NCBI GenBank assembly: GCA_025060295.1
Contig: JANXCH010000011.1
Span: 87,904 to 151,903, forward strand
Reading direction: 5' to 3'
DNA from: Dehalococcoidia bacterium
GTDB lineage: Bacteria > Chloroflexota > Dehalococcoidia > Lucifugimonadales > HRBIN23
DNA length: 64,000 nucleotides
Shown here in pieces: positions 1-8,807 of the stretch. The notes beneath the pieces are model-generated. The model made no database searches. It saw nothing but the letters and a program-made list of their open reading frames with translations, and was not told the origin of the DNA. The translations under genes and the position numbers were made by a program. Within the stretch, counting starts at the first letter, position 1. Each line of letters starts with the position of its first letter.

Positions 1-673
1 GGAAGTCGGTATTGCCCCCGAAGTTCAACTGGTAGGTGCGCTCCAGCCTCACCCCCCGCTGGCGGAACAGATGGGTGAGCGCCCGATGCACAATGGTCGC
101 CCCCACCTGGGACTTAATGTCGTCCCCAATGATGGGCAGACCTCGGTCGCGGAAGCGCTTCTGCCAATAGCGCTCCCGCCCAATGAACACCGGGATGCAG
201 TTCACAAAGGCGCACCCCGCCTGCAACACCTGCTCCACATACCACTTGGTCGCCTCCTCCGACCCCACGGGCAGGTAGTTCACCACCACATGGCACTCCC
301 GTTCCCGCAAGATGTTCACAATATCGGCCGTAGAGCCCGGGGCCTTCTGCACCAGGGGCGCCACATACTTGCCGATACCATCGTGGGTCATCCCCCGCTC
401 CACAATGACACCCGTCGGGGGCACATCGGCGAACTTGATGGTGTTATTGGGCGGGGTAAAAATGGCCTCTGCCAGGTCCTTCCCCACCTTGTTGCGGTCA
501 ATATCAAAGGCCGCCACGAAGCGGATGTCCCCTATGGCGTAGCCCCCCAGCACAGGGTGCATCAGCCCGGGGATGAAAGCGTGGGGTGGAGCGTTACGGT
601 AGTGGTACACCCCCTGCACCAGGGAAGAGGCGCAGTTGCCCACCCCAATGATAGCCACATTGATGGTGCCCAT
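1..673 (-). CDS. ino1: myo-inositol-1-phosphate (inositol-3-phosphate) synthase, N-terminal ~224 codons; the gene runs off the left edge
   Basis: Not in the ORF track because there is no stop in the window. The reverse complement from ATG 673..671 reads [28 protein letters not shown]...[16 protein letters not shown]...[17 protein letters not shown]...[17 protein letters not shown]...[10 protein letters not shown], which is the bacterial Ino1 signature. A GAGGGGGGAG SD lies just upstream. This call supersedes the + strand ORF 71..727. Confidence 0.9.
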   Translation of the reverse strand, partial: MGTINVAIIGVGNCASSLVQGVYHYRNAPPHAFIPGLMHPVLGGYAIGDIRFVAAFDIDRNKVGKDLAEAIFTPPNNTIKFADVPPTGVIVERGMTHDGIGKYVAPLVQKAPGSTADIVNILRERECHVVVNYLPVGSEEATKWYVEQVLQAGCAFVNCIPVFIGRERYWQKRFRDRGLPIIGDDIKSQVGATIVHRALTHLFRQRGVRLERTYQLNFGGNTDF

Positions 674-759
674 GCTCCCCCCTCAATGGTGGATATCGTG
701 CGCACGGGGCTACACCTGCTATTGTAAGGCACCCGCGCAACGGGGCAAAACAAGGGCGT

Positions 760-1614
760 TTACCCCCTCATCAGGGAGCGCCCCACCTCCCGCCCCCGTT
801 CGGCCGTCTCAGGGGAACGGCATGCCAGGATGCGCACCCCCTCCCGTATCTTTTCCTCCACCGTCTCCGGCGTCGCCGCCTCCAGAAAGGCCAACCCCGC
901 ACTCCGACAGGCGGCAAATACCCGATTGCGGGCCTCCACCATCTCCGGTGGGTAGGGCGGGTCGTGGCGGTCCCGGTAGCCGAAGGACATCCCCATATCC
1001 CCCGGCCCCCACTCGGCAAAGGCCAGCCCCGGCACCTGGGCGATGGCCTCCGCCTGGGGCAGGGCGCGGCGCGTCTCTATCTTCACCCCCAGGAGCACCT
1101 CCCCCTGGGGGGCCAACGGCCACGGCTCCGCCCGCTCCAGATACTCCTCCACCGATACGCCCCACACAGCCGCCGCCGTTTCCTGCCCCCCGTTGCCCCG
1201 TCGCCCCACCCCAGCCGTATGGAACGGATACCGACACGCCTCCACAAACGCCCGCACCGCCTCGGGCGATTCGGCGTGCGCCAGCAGAATTCCGTGCACC
1301 CCGCGCGCCAGCACCTGCTTGAACATCCAGGCGTTGGCGCGCACCTCCTCCACACTGGCCCCCGTGGCGGGCACCACCACGATGACCGCCGGCGTGCGGT
1401 GGCCGGTGGGGGTTGGCCCCCCGTCCACCAGCCCCCGCATAAAGGCGTCCAATCCCGCCAGGTCAAAGGTGGCGTGCTCCAAATCCACCGTCAGGTAATC
1501 GGCCCAGGTCTGGGCCATCCGCTTCCCGTTGGCATAGGTCAACTCCTTCGTCCCCGTGGTAAACACGGGAAGCCCCTTCTCCAAAAGGTCAATAGCCCTA
1601 TTCACGCGCCCCAT
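760..1614 (-). CDS. HpcH/HpaI-family aldolase (2-keto-3-deoxy-sugar-acid aldolase-like)
   Basis: 284-aa ORF. Family-like segments include ...TVDLEHATFD...GILLAHAESPE...GVKIETRRAL...AFAEWGPGDMGMS. A GAGGGG SD lies 9 nt upstream of the ATG. The gene is 19 nt downstream of the preceding dehydratase gene. Confidence 0.75.
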   Translation of the reverse strand: MGRVNRAIDLLEKGLPVFTTGTKELTYANGKRMAQTWADYLTVDLEHATFDLAGLDAFMRGLVDGGPTPTGHRTPAVIVVVPATGASVEEVRANAWMFKQVLARGVHGILLAHAESPEAVRAFVEACRYPFHTAGVGRRGNGGQETAAAVWGVSVEEYLERAEPWPLAPQGEVLLGVKIETRRALPQAEAIAQVPGLAFAEWGPGDMGMSFGYRDRHDPPYPPEMVEARNRVFAACRSAGLAFLEAATPETVEEKIREGVRILACRSPETAERGREVGRSLMRG

Positions 1615-1633
1615 AGTGCTTTACCCCTCTGCT

Positions 1634-2776
1634 CTACCAGTTGGTGAAGGCCCCATCCCGCCGCCGCAGGCGCGGCGGATAGCCCGGCGTATAGGCGCGG
1701 GCGTAGGCCAGGCACGCCTCCTCGTTGAACTCCAGCCCCAAGCCCGGCCGCTCCGGCTTCAGCACATACCCATCCTCCCAGGGGATTTGCACGGGGAACA
1801 CATCGGGCAAAAATGTGCCCGGCTTCACGGGCAACTCCAACACCCCCACATTGGTGGACGCCAGGCACAGGTGGGCCGCCGCCGCCGAACTCACCGGCCC
1901 CAGGGGATTGTGCGGCACGATGTCTATGTAATGGGTCTCGCACCAGTGGGTAACCTTAAGGGCCTCCGTAATGCCCCCCACGATGCACAGGTCAATGCGG
2001 GCATACTGAATCAGTTCCTCCTCAATGACCTCCCGAAAAGCCCACTTGCCCGCCCATTGCTCCCCGGCGGCGATGGGCACTGCCACGTGGCGCGCCAGGG
2101 TGCGGTAACTGGCGGGGTTCTCCGAGCGCAGGGGATCCTCCACGAAGAAGGGACGGAAGGGCTCCAACTCCCGACACAGGCGAATGGCATAGGCCGTATC
2201 CAGGCGCGTGTGCACATCCAGGCAGATCTCAATCTCGTCCCCCACCGTTTCCCGCACGGCGGCCACCTGCTGCACCGCCATGCGCACCGAGGCCGACGGC
2301 TCCAACACCCCATCGGGGTAGTGGGGGAGCCCCCACCGCACGAACTTCCACCCCTCCGCCACCGTGCGCCGGCAACTGGCCAGCAGGCTCTCCGTATCCG
2401 TCTCGGCGTTGTGGGGATAGCACACCACCTTATCCCGCACCGGCCCGCCCAAGAGTTTATACACGGGCAGGCCCAGCGCTTTCCCCTTGATATCCCACAG
2501 GGCGATGTCTATGGCGCTCAGGGCGGCACAGACCACCTTATCGGCGGGGAAGAAGCCCGCGCGGAACATCCGTTGCCACAGGCGCTCGGTGCTGAAGGGG
2601 TCCTCCCCCAGGAGCAACTCCTCCGTCAGACGACGCACCGCCTGCTCTAGGGAGCCTGCCCAATAGGGCACCCCTGCCTCCCCCACTCCGTAGATGCCCT
2701 CGTCCGTCTCCACTTTCACGAAGAAGAAGTGGCGCTGGGCGCGCACCGGGAAGGACTTCACCGCCGTGATCTTCAT
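1634..2776 (-). CDS. enolase-superfamily acid-sugar dehydratase, paralog 1 (galactonate dehydratase-like, mandelate racemase/muconate lactonizing family)
   Basis: 380 aa. The sequence reads MKITAVKSFPV...FFFVKVETDEGIYGVGEAG...SAIDIALWDIKGKALGLPVYKLLGG...CLDVHTRLD...FFVEDP...DLCIVGGITE...PHNPLGPV. A GGGAGG SD is present. Confidence 0.85.
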   Translation of the reverse strand: MKITAVKSFPVRAQRHFFFVKVETDEGIYGVGEAGVPYWAGSLEQAVRRLTEELLLGEDPFSTERLWQRMFRAGFFPADKVVCAALSAIDIALWDIKGKALGLPVYKLLGGPVRDKVVCYPHNAETDTESLLASCRRTVAEGWKFVRWGLPHYPDGVLEPSASVRMAVQQVAAVRETVGDEIEICLDVHTRLDTAYAIRLCRELEPFRPFFVEDPLRSENPASYRTLARHVAVPIAAGEQWAGKWAFREVIEEELIQYARIDLCIVGGITEALKVTHWCETHYIDIVPHNPLGPVSSAAAAHLCLASTNVGVLELPVKPGTFLPDVFPVQIPWEDGYVLKPERPGLGLEFNEEACLAYARAYTPGYPPRLRRRDGAFTNW

Positions 2777-2826
2777 GCCTACTACCCTCCCAGAAGGCTT
2801 CGGGGCTGGGCCTACACAACTTCCGT

Positions 2827-4518
2827 CTATCGGCCGGGGGCGGGGTTAGTAACAGCCCCCTGGGCCGCCGAGCCTACCGCCTGGGCATACTTGGCCAATG
2901 CCCCCCCAAAGGGAACGGGGCGAGGGCGCCACTGGGCACGGCGGCGGTCCAGTTCCTCTTTGGGCACCTCCACCTCCAGCCGCCGATTGGGGATGTCCAG
3001 GACGATGGGGTCGCCCTCCTGCACCAGGGCGATGGGGCCCCCCACCGCCGCCTCGGGGGCCACATGCCCAATCATGGGCCCCCGCGTCGCCCCCGAGAAG
3101 CGCCCGTCGGTGATGAGAATCACTTGGTCGCCAATGCCCTGCCCCACCAGCGCAGCTGTAACCGCCAACATCTCCCGCATCCCTGGGCCACCCTTCGGCC
3201 CTTCGTAGCGGATGATCACCGCATCGCCAGGACGGATGCGGCGCTCCTGCACCGCCTTGAAGCAGTCCTCCTCCCGGTCAAAGACCCGCGCCGGCCCGCG
3301 GAAGGTGGTGGTGCGCACGCCGGTGGTCTTGATAATTGCCCCCTCGGGGGCCAGGCTCCCCTTCAGCACCACCAACGACCCCGTGGGACCAAGGGGGTTG
3401 CTTACCGGGCGCACCACCGCCTGGTTGGGATTGAACCGATACGGAGCCAGGTTCTCGGCCACCGTCTTCCCCGTAACGGTAATGGGATCCCCGTGCAGGA
3501 GGCCCCCCTCCCACAGCGCCCGCATCACCAACGGCACACCCCCCACGGCGTCCAGATCCGCCATCGTAAAGCGGCCGGCGGGCTTCATATCGCAGATAAG
3601 GGGCGTGCGTCGGCTGATGCGGTCAAAGTCGTCTAGCGACAGGGGCACCCCCGCCTCGGCAGCGATGGCCAGCAGGTGCAAAACGGCGTTGGTGGATCCC
3701 CCCATCGCCTCCACCACCGTAATGGCGTTCTCAAAAGCCTTGCGGGTCAGGATATCCCGAGGGCGGATGCCCTGCTCCAGCAAGCGCATCACCAACATCC
3801 CCGCCTGGAAGGACGCCTGCAAACGCCGGGCGTCCACCGCCGGGATGGACGCCGAGCCAGGGGGAGCCAAACCCAACGCCTCGCTGACACTGGCCATCGT
3901 GTTGGCGGTGAACATCCCCCCGCAGGAGCCCGGGCCGGGGCAGGCACACGCCTCTATCTCCGCCAGGTCCTCGCGGGTGATGGCCCCCGCCTGAAACTGC
4001 CCCACCGCCTCGTAAACATCCTGAATAGTGATAGCCTTTCCCCGCCAGTGGCCAGGTAGGATAGTGCCCCCATAGAGGAACACGCTGGGGATGTTCAGAC
4101 GGGCCATGCCCATCATGGAGCCGGGGATGGTCTTATCGCACCCCGCCATGGTTACCAGCCCGTCCAGACCGTGGGCGAAGCAGACCAGTTCAATGGAATC
4201 GGCGATGACCTCCCGGCTCACCAGAGACGCCTTCATCCCCTGGTGGCCCATGGCGATGGCGTCGCTGATGCAGATGGTGCCGAACTCAATGGGCGTCCCG
4301 CCTGCGGCGCGGATACCCTCCCGCACCTTGGGGGCCAGGCGGTCCAGGTGGTAGTTGCAGGGGGTAACCTCGCTGGCGGTATTGGAGATGCCGATGAAGG
4401 GACGCTGCAGATCCTCGGGGGTCAGGCCCATGGCCAGGAACATGGCGCGGTGGGGTGCCCGCTCAGGGCCTTCCACCACCACACGACTGCGCTGTTTGAG
4501 GGGAGTGGGTTGGCTCAC
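2827..4518 (-). CDS. IlvD/Edd-family dehydratase (dihydroxy-acid dehydratase or sugar-acid dehydratase)
   Basis: Reads [16 protein letters not shown]...[16 protein letters not shown]...[16 protein letters not shown]...[11 protein letters not shown]. The track ORF (to 4620) is over-extended. A GTG at 4518 preceded by GAGGAGG gives a family-typical N-terminus ([17 protein letters not shown]...). The genomic context (aldolase plus enolase-type dehydratases) leaves the substrate open. Confidence 0.85.
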   Translation of the reverse strand: MSQPTPLKQRSRVVVEGPERAPHRAMFLAMGLTPEDLQRPFIGISNTASEVTPCNYHLDRLAPKVREGIRAAGGTPIEFGTICISDAIAMGHQGMKASLVSREVIADSIELVCFAHGLDGLVTMAGCDKTIPGSMMGMARLNIPSVFLYGGTILPGHWRGKAITIQDVYEAVGQFQAGAITREDLAEIEACACPGPGSCGGMFTANTMASVSEALGLAPPGSASIPAVDARRLQASFQAGMLVMRLLEQGIRPRDILTRKAFENAITVVEAMGGSTNAVLHLLAIAAEAGVPLSLDDFDRISRRTPLICDMKPAGRFTMADLDAVGGVPLVMRALWEGGLLHGDPITVTGKTVAENLAPYRFNPNQAVVRPVSNPLGPTGSLVVLKGSLAPEGAIIKTTGVRTTTFRGPARVFDREEDCFKAVQERRIRPGDAVIIRYEGPKGGPGMREMLAVTAALVGQGIGDQVILITDGRFSGATRGPMIGHVAPEAAVGGPIALVQEGDPIVLDIPNRRLEVEVPKEELDRRRAQWRPRPVPFGGALAKYAQAVGSAAQGAVTNPAPGR

Positions 4519-4624
4519 GGTGCGCCTCCTCGTGGCCCTTTTTGGGGACAAGATAGCCTGTCCCCTCCTGGGGACGCAAGGTGTGCCCCAGTGAAGGGAC
4601 TGCGTCTTGGTCGACGACAACCAC

Positions 4625-5316
4625 CTACCCTCGGAAGTGGGGGAGCACCTGCTGGGCGACTAAACGCATCTGCTCCCAGGCTTGCGGGGGCGTCCCCTGG
4701 AACTGGAACACCACATCCGTTACCCCCAGGGCCAGGCGCGCCTCCACCTCTCGGATGCAATCCTGGGGCGTGCCCGTGATGCACAGGGCCTGGGCCACAT
4801 CCTGGGCGCTCATACGCTCCGTGGCGTAGCGCCGGCCTACTGTGGCCACCCCAGATGCAGGGCCTCGGCCGTATCCTGAGCGATGGCGATGGGCTGGAGC
4901 ACCCCCCAGCGGAAGTGGGAGAGGTCGCACCCCTCCTGGGCGGCAAACTAACGAATTTTTTTCTCCCCGCTGGACTGCAATCGGCGCAGGGTATACAGGA
5001 AGGGATACCAGCCGTCCCCGTAGCGGGCGGCGCGGCGCATGGCGGGCTCCTCCCGTCCGGCCACCCAGATGGGGGAATGGGGCTCCTGGACGGGATGGCC
5101 AGCAAAACGGGATGCTAGAGGGGGATAAGGACAATGCCCGTCAACAGACGAATGCGGCGGGTTGCCCCACCGGCGGCCGCCAGGGCGGGGACGCCCATCC
5201 ATCACCTGCTCGCCGATGCTCACCCGGTCATAGCCTCAAGCCTCCGCCTCCCGTGCCATATCCACCACCGTTTCCATCTGCAGGGCGACCCCAAAGGTGA
5301 TATCCTTGCCTGCCAT
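4625..5316 (-). pseudogene. decayed LLM-class (luciferase-like, F420-type) oxidoreductase
   Basis: Starts with GGAGGGAGG-ATG (5316): MAGKDITFGVALQMETVVDMAREAEA*GYDRVSIGEQ. Recognisable LLM blocks then sit in different frames: GVPALAAAGGATRRIRLLTGIVLIPL*HPVLLA, PIWVAGREEPAMRRAARYGDGWYPFLYT...KKIR*FAAQEGCDLSHFRWGVLQPIAIAQDTAEA and ...CITGTPQDCIREVEARLALGVTDVVFQF. There are at least 3 in-frame stops, at least 2 frameshifts and a missing central block of ~100 codons. An intact paralog lies at 22766..23668. Confidence 0.8.
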
Positions 5317-5329
5317 CCTCCCTCCAGCA

Positions 5330-6499
5330 CTACTTATTCCAGGCGTGTTTGAGAGCCACCTTCTCGTTGAACTCCACACCCCATCCCGGCTTGGTGGAGA
5401 CCTTCATATACCCTTTCTCAAACTCGGGTGGGGTGCACAGGTCGTCCTTCCAGGGCACATCGTCTATGTCTATCTCCATAATCCGCACATTGGTGAGGGT
5501 GGCGCACAGGTGAGCACTGATGTGGGACGAGAGGTGGCTATAGTAGTTGTGGGGGGAGATGTTGATATCGTAGGCCTCGGCCATAGTAGCGATTTTGCGG
5601 GACTCCCCGAAGCCATTCCAGGGCACATCAATCATCAGGTGGTCCACGCACTGCAGTTCACAAAAGCGTCGGTAGCCGCGGATGCCGTAGAGGTTCTCCC
5701 CCGAGGTGATGCGGGTGGCGGTGGACATTTTGATCTGCAGAAGGGCCTCGGGGTTGTAGTTATCGATCTCCAGCCACAGCAGGTTATAGGGCTCCAAGGC
5801 CTTGGCGATGCGGATACAACTCTCCGGGGTGAAGTTGAAGTTCAGGTCCAAGTTGATGTCCACATCGGGGCCGACGGCCTGGCGGAAGGTGCCGATGAGG
5901 GTCTGGATGTGGCGCAGGAGCCACGGCTCCACCACCCGGTCGCTGGTGCCTGGGGGGCCGCCGAAGCCGGGCATCCACACCTCGGCCGGGTCACCGGGGA
6001 TGATGATGTTGGTCTTCAGGGCCGTAAAGCCCCGCTCCACCACCTCCCGCCCCAAGCGGGCGATGTCCTCCATCGTGCGGATGGGGGGCTTCCCCACCAG
6101 GTGAGCGTGGCGGGCGCGGGTCGTCCCGCAGTGCGACCAATACACCCGCACCCGGTCGCGCGTCGGCCCCCCGAACAGGGAATACACCGGCACCCCCAGC
6201 GCCTTCCCCTTGATGTCCCACAGGGCCAGGTCTATGCCGGCGATGGCCTTCTGCACCACACCCCCGGGGGCGTGGCGGGCGGCGCGATACATATCGTGGG
6301 TGATCATCTCCACATGGTGCGGATCCCGCCCCAGCACCAGTGGCTCCAGGTCTCGCACCGCCCCAGCGATGCTGTGGGGCAAGCGGTTATCGCTACACTC
6401 CCCATACCCCACAATCCCCGCGTCCGTCTCCACCTTCACAAAAGTCCAGGGACGCCATCCTCCGTCCACGTGGAACACGCTCACCCGCGTAATCTTCAC
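5330..6499 (-). CDS. enolase-superfamily acid-sugar dehydratase, paralog 2
   Basis: Reads VKITRVSVFHVDGGWRPWTFVKVETDAGIVGYGEC...AGIDLALWDIKGKALGVPVYSLFGG...DLNFNF...WLEIDN...PHNYYSH. The GTG at 6499 is preceded by AAAGGAGG. The track start at 6514 lies inside that SD. Confidence 0.85.
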   Translation of the reverse strand: MKITRVSVFHVDGGWRPWTFVKVETDAGIVGYGECSDNRLPHSIAGAVRDLEPLVLGRDPHHVEMITHDMYRAARHAPGGVVQKAIAGIDLALWDIKGKALGVPVYSLFGGPTRDRVRVYWSHCGTTRARHAHLVGKPPIRTMEDIARLGREVVERGFTALKTNIIIPGDPAEVWMPGFGGPPGTSDRVVEPWLLRHIQTLIGTFRQAVGPDVDINLDLNFNFTPESCIRIAKALEPYNLLWLEIDNYNPEALLQIKMSTATRITSGENLYGIRGYRRFCELQCVDHLMIDVPWNGFGESRKIATMAEAYDINISPHNYYSHLSSHISAHLCATLTNVRIMEIDIDDVPWKDDLCTPPEFEKGYMKVSTKPGWGVEFNEKVALKHAWNK

Positions 6500-6604
6500 G
6501 GCGCCTCCTTTCACAGCCGGGGTCTTGCCTAGTATATCCTACGCCCCCCAAGAGGGGCAGGGGACGCCGAAGGCCCGCCGATGAGCGGTCAGGGACCGGA
6601 GGGG

Positions 6605-7597
6605 TCAACTGGCCGAGCCATACAGGTGGCAGGCCACCTGATGCCCGGGGCGCACCTCCAGGGTCGGAGGCTCCACCTGGGAACAGTGGGGCATGGCGAA
6701 GGGACACCTCGGATGGAACCGGCACCCCCTGGGAATGTTGAGGGGAGAGGGCACCTCCCCCGTCAGGATGATCTCCTCCCGGTGGATATCGGGATGGGAG
6801 GGGAGGGCGGCGGAGAGGAGGGCTTTAGTGTAGGGGTGCAGGGGGTTATCAAACAACTCCCCGCTGGGAGCCGACTCCACGATGCGCCCCAGGTACATCA
6901 CCGCCACCCGATGGCACATATAGCGCACCGTAGCCAGGTGGTGAGCAATGAGCAGATAACTCAGGTTGAACTGTTTCTGCAGGTCTTTCAAAAGATTCAT
7001 AATCTGGGCGCGGATGGACACATCCAGTGCCGACACCGGCTCGTCCAGAACGATGAGTTTGGGGTTCAGGGCCAAGGCGCGGGCGATGGCGATGCGTTGG
7101 CGCTGGCCCCCGCTGAACTCGTGGGGATACAGGGTGGCGTGGTGAGGGTTCAGCCCCACATTCTCCAACAACTGGGCCACCCGCTCCCGCGTCTCCTGGG
7201 GCGACAGTTTCAGGTTGATGTCCAGAGGCTCGGCGACGATCTTCCCCACCCGCATGCGGGGGTTCAGGGACGCCCACGGGTCCTGGAACACGGCCTGCAC
7301 CGACTGGCGATACCGCTTCCTCTGGGCACCATCCATGCGTACCACATCCTGGCCCTCAAAGAGGATGGTACCTGCCGTGGGCGTCTCCAGCATCAGCACC
7401 ATCTTGGCGGTGGTGGTCTTCCCGCATCCCGATTCCCCAACCAGTCCCAACGTCTCCCCCTGGCGAATCACAAAGGAGACACCGTCCACCGCCTTCAACA
7501 GGGCGGGCTTGCGGAACAGCCCCCGCCCCACCGGGAAGTACTTCTTCACCTCCCGGGCTTCCAAGAGCACCTGTCCGTCAGACGGCGACCCATTCAT
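6605..7597 (-). CDS. ABC transporter ATP-binding protein (OppF/DppF-like)
   Basis: From the internal ATG it reads MNGSPSDGQVLLEAREVKKYF...GLVGESGCGKTT (Walker A)...LSGGQRQRIAIARAL...LIVLDEPVSALD. This start overlaps the upstream stop as ATGA (7597/7594). The track N-terminus (to 7894) is an extension into the upstream gene. Confidence 0.9.
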   Translation of the reverse strand: MNGSPSDGQVLLEAREVKKYFPVGRGLFRKPALLKAVDGVSFVIRQGETLGLVGESGCGKTTTAKMVLMLETPTAGTILFEGQDVVRMDGAQRKRYRQSVQAVFQDPWASLNPRMRVGKIVAEPLDINLKLSPQETRERVAQLLENVGLNPHHATLYPHEFSGGQRQRIAIARALALNPKLIVLDEPVSALDVSIRAQIMNLLKDLQKQFNLSYLLIAHHLATVRYMCHRVAVMYLGRIVESAPSGELFDNPLHPYTKALLSAALPSHPDIHREEIILTGEVPSPLNIPRGCRFHPRCPFAMPHCSQVEPPTLEVRPGHQVACHLYGSAS

Positions 7598-8583
7598 ACC
7601 AGTGTCCAACACGCTGCAGTGTGCCCCGGGGCTACTTCCACCCTCGGCGGATACTCCCGCCGACAGCGCTCCTGCACATAGACACAGCGGGGGGCAAAGG
7701 GACACCCCGGCGGCAAATTGTGTAACACGGGAGGCTGGCCGGGAATAGAGTACAGGCGCTCCACATCCTCCTCCATCTTGGGGACGGAGGCCAGCAGAGC
7801 CTTGGTATAGGGATGGGCGGGGCTGTTGAAGATGCGGCGCACATCCCCTTTCTCCACGATGCGCCCCGCATACATCACCGCCACCGTGTCGCACATCTTG
7901 GCCACGATCCCGAAGTCATGGGTGATGAAGATGATGGACAGGCCCGTCTCCTGCTGGATTTCCTTCAGCAGGCGCAGGTATTGGGCCTGGATGGTGGCAT
8001 CCAGGGAGGTGGTCGGCTCGTCGGCGATCAGCACCGTGGGCTCGCAGGAGATGGCGATGGCCCCCACCACCCGCTGGCGCATCCCCCCGCTCAGTTGGTG
8101 GGGGTAATCGCGCATGCGCACCTCGGCAGCGGGGATGCGCACCTGCTTGAGCACCTGCACCGCCCGCTCCACCAGGCTCCGCTTGTTGGGCAACTTCTGG
8201 TGGATGCGAATCGCCTCCATCACCTGGTCGCCGATGGAGAGCACAGGGTTCAGAGAGGTCATGGGGTCCTGCAGGATGAGGGCGATGCGCTTCCCCCGCA
8301 CCTTCTGCATCTCCCTCTCGGGGAGGGTGAGCAGGTTCTCCCCGTCCAACAGCACCTCTCCCCCTACAATCCTCCCCGGGGGCGAGGGCACCAGGCGCAT
8401 GATGGAGAGGACAGTAACCGACTTCCCGCTCCCCGACTCCCCCACGATGCCCAAAGTCTCCCCCCGGTGCAGGTCAAAACTGACCCCATCCACCGCCTTC
8501 ACCACACCCCAGCGGGTGTAGAAGTAGGTGCGCAGGTCCCGCACCCGCAGAACCACGTCCTGGAACGCCTTTCCCTGCACCAT
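7594..8583 (-). CDS. ABC transporter ATP-binding protein (OppD/DppD-like)
   Basis: Has Walker A GIVGESGSGKS, signature LSGGMRQRV and Walker B LIADEPTTSLD. The C-terminal oligopeptide-type extension reads ...HPYTKALL...PPGCPFAPRC. Confidence 0.9.
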   Translation of the reverse strand: MVQGKAFQDVVLRVRDLRTYFYTRWGVVKAVDGVSFDLHRGETLGIVGESGSGKSVTVLSIMRLVPSPPGRIVGGEVLLDGENLLTLPEREMQKVRGKRIALILQDPMTSLNPVLSIGDQVMEAIRIHQKLPNKRSLVERAVQVLKQVRIPAAEVRMRDYPHQLSGGMRQRVVGAIAISCEPTVLIADEPTTSLDATIQAQYLRLLKEIQQETGLSIIFITHDFGIVAKMCDTVAVMYAGRIVEKGDVRRIFNSPAHPYTKALLASVPKMEEDVERLYSIPGQPPVLHNLPPGCPFAPRCVYVQERCRREYPPRVEVAPGHTAACWTLV

Positions 8584-8600
8584 GGGCCTCGTTGTGGCCC

Positions 8601-8629
8601 TATTCTAGAAGCCTTAGGGTGTCCTGTCA
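8601..8629 (-). promoter_or_regulatory. sigma70-type promoter for the ATPase/dehydratase transcription unit
   Basis: The minus strand reads TTGACA (8629..8624), a 17-nt spacer, then TAGAAT (8606..8601), about 15 nt upstream of the oppD-like ATG. Confidence 0.55.
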
Positions 8630-8659
8630 AGCCCCTTTGCGAAAATCGTTGCAAAACTC

Positions 8660-8689
8660 TTGACAAACGCCCCAACGCCTTTCTATAAT
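8660..8689 (+). promoter_or_regulatory. sigma70-type promoter for the SBP-permease unit
   Basis: TTGACA (8660..8665), an 18-nt spacer, then TATAAT (8684..8689). This leaves a ~110-nt 5' UTR before ATG 8808. Confidence 0.55.
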
Positions 8690-8807
8690 ACGGCCACCTT
8701 TCCAGCCTACAGCAGGGGATCTTATGCCCCCATAGTGGAGGGCTTGCAGGGGAGTGTATCGGAACCACCCCAGTAGATAGGGAAAAAGTGTATAGGGAGG
8801 GAAGGCC

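Noticed and set aside
71-727. 218-aa + strand ORF at the left edge
   Set aside because: It lies antisense to a clean inositol-3-phosphate synthase reading frame (minus strand, ATG 673). Its composition is biased toward His, Gly, Arg and Pro, and it has no SD.
6515-6604. Possible promoter or terminator between the oppF-like gene and dehydratase 2 (TATACT at ~6545, a weak GC hairpin near 6575)
   Set aside because: There is no acceptable -35 at 16-18 nt. The hairpin is imperfect and lacks a U-run. The signals are too weak to call.
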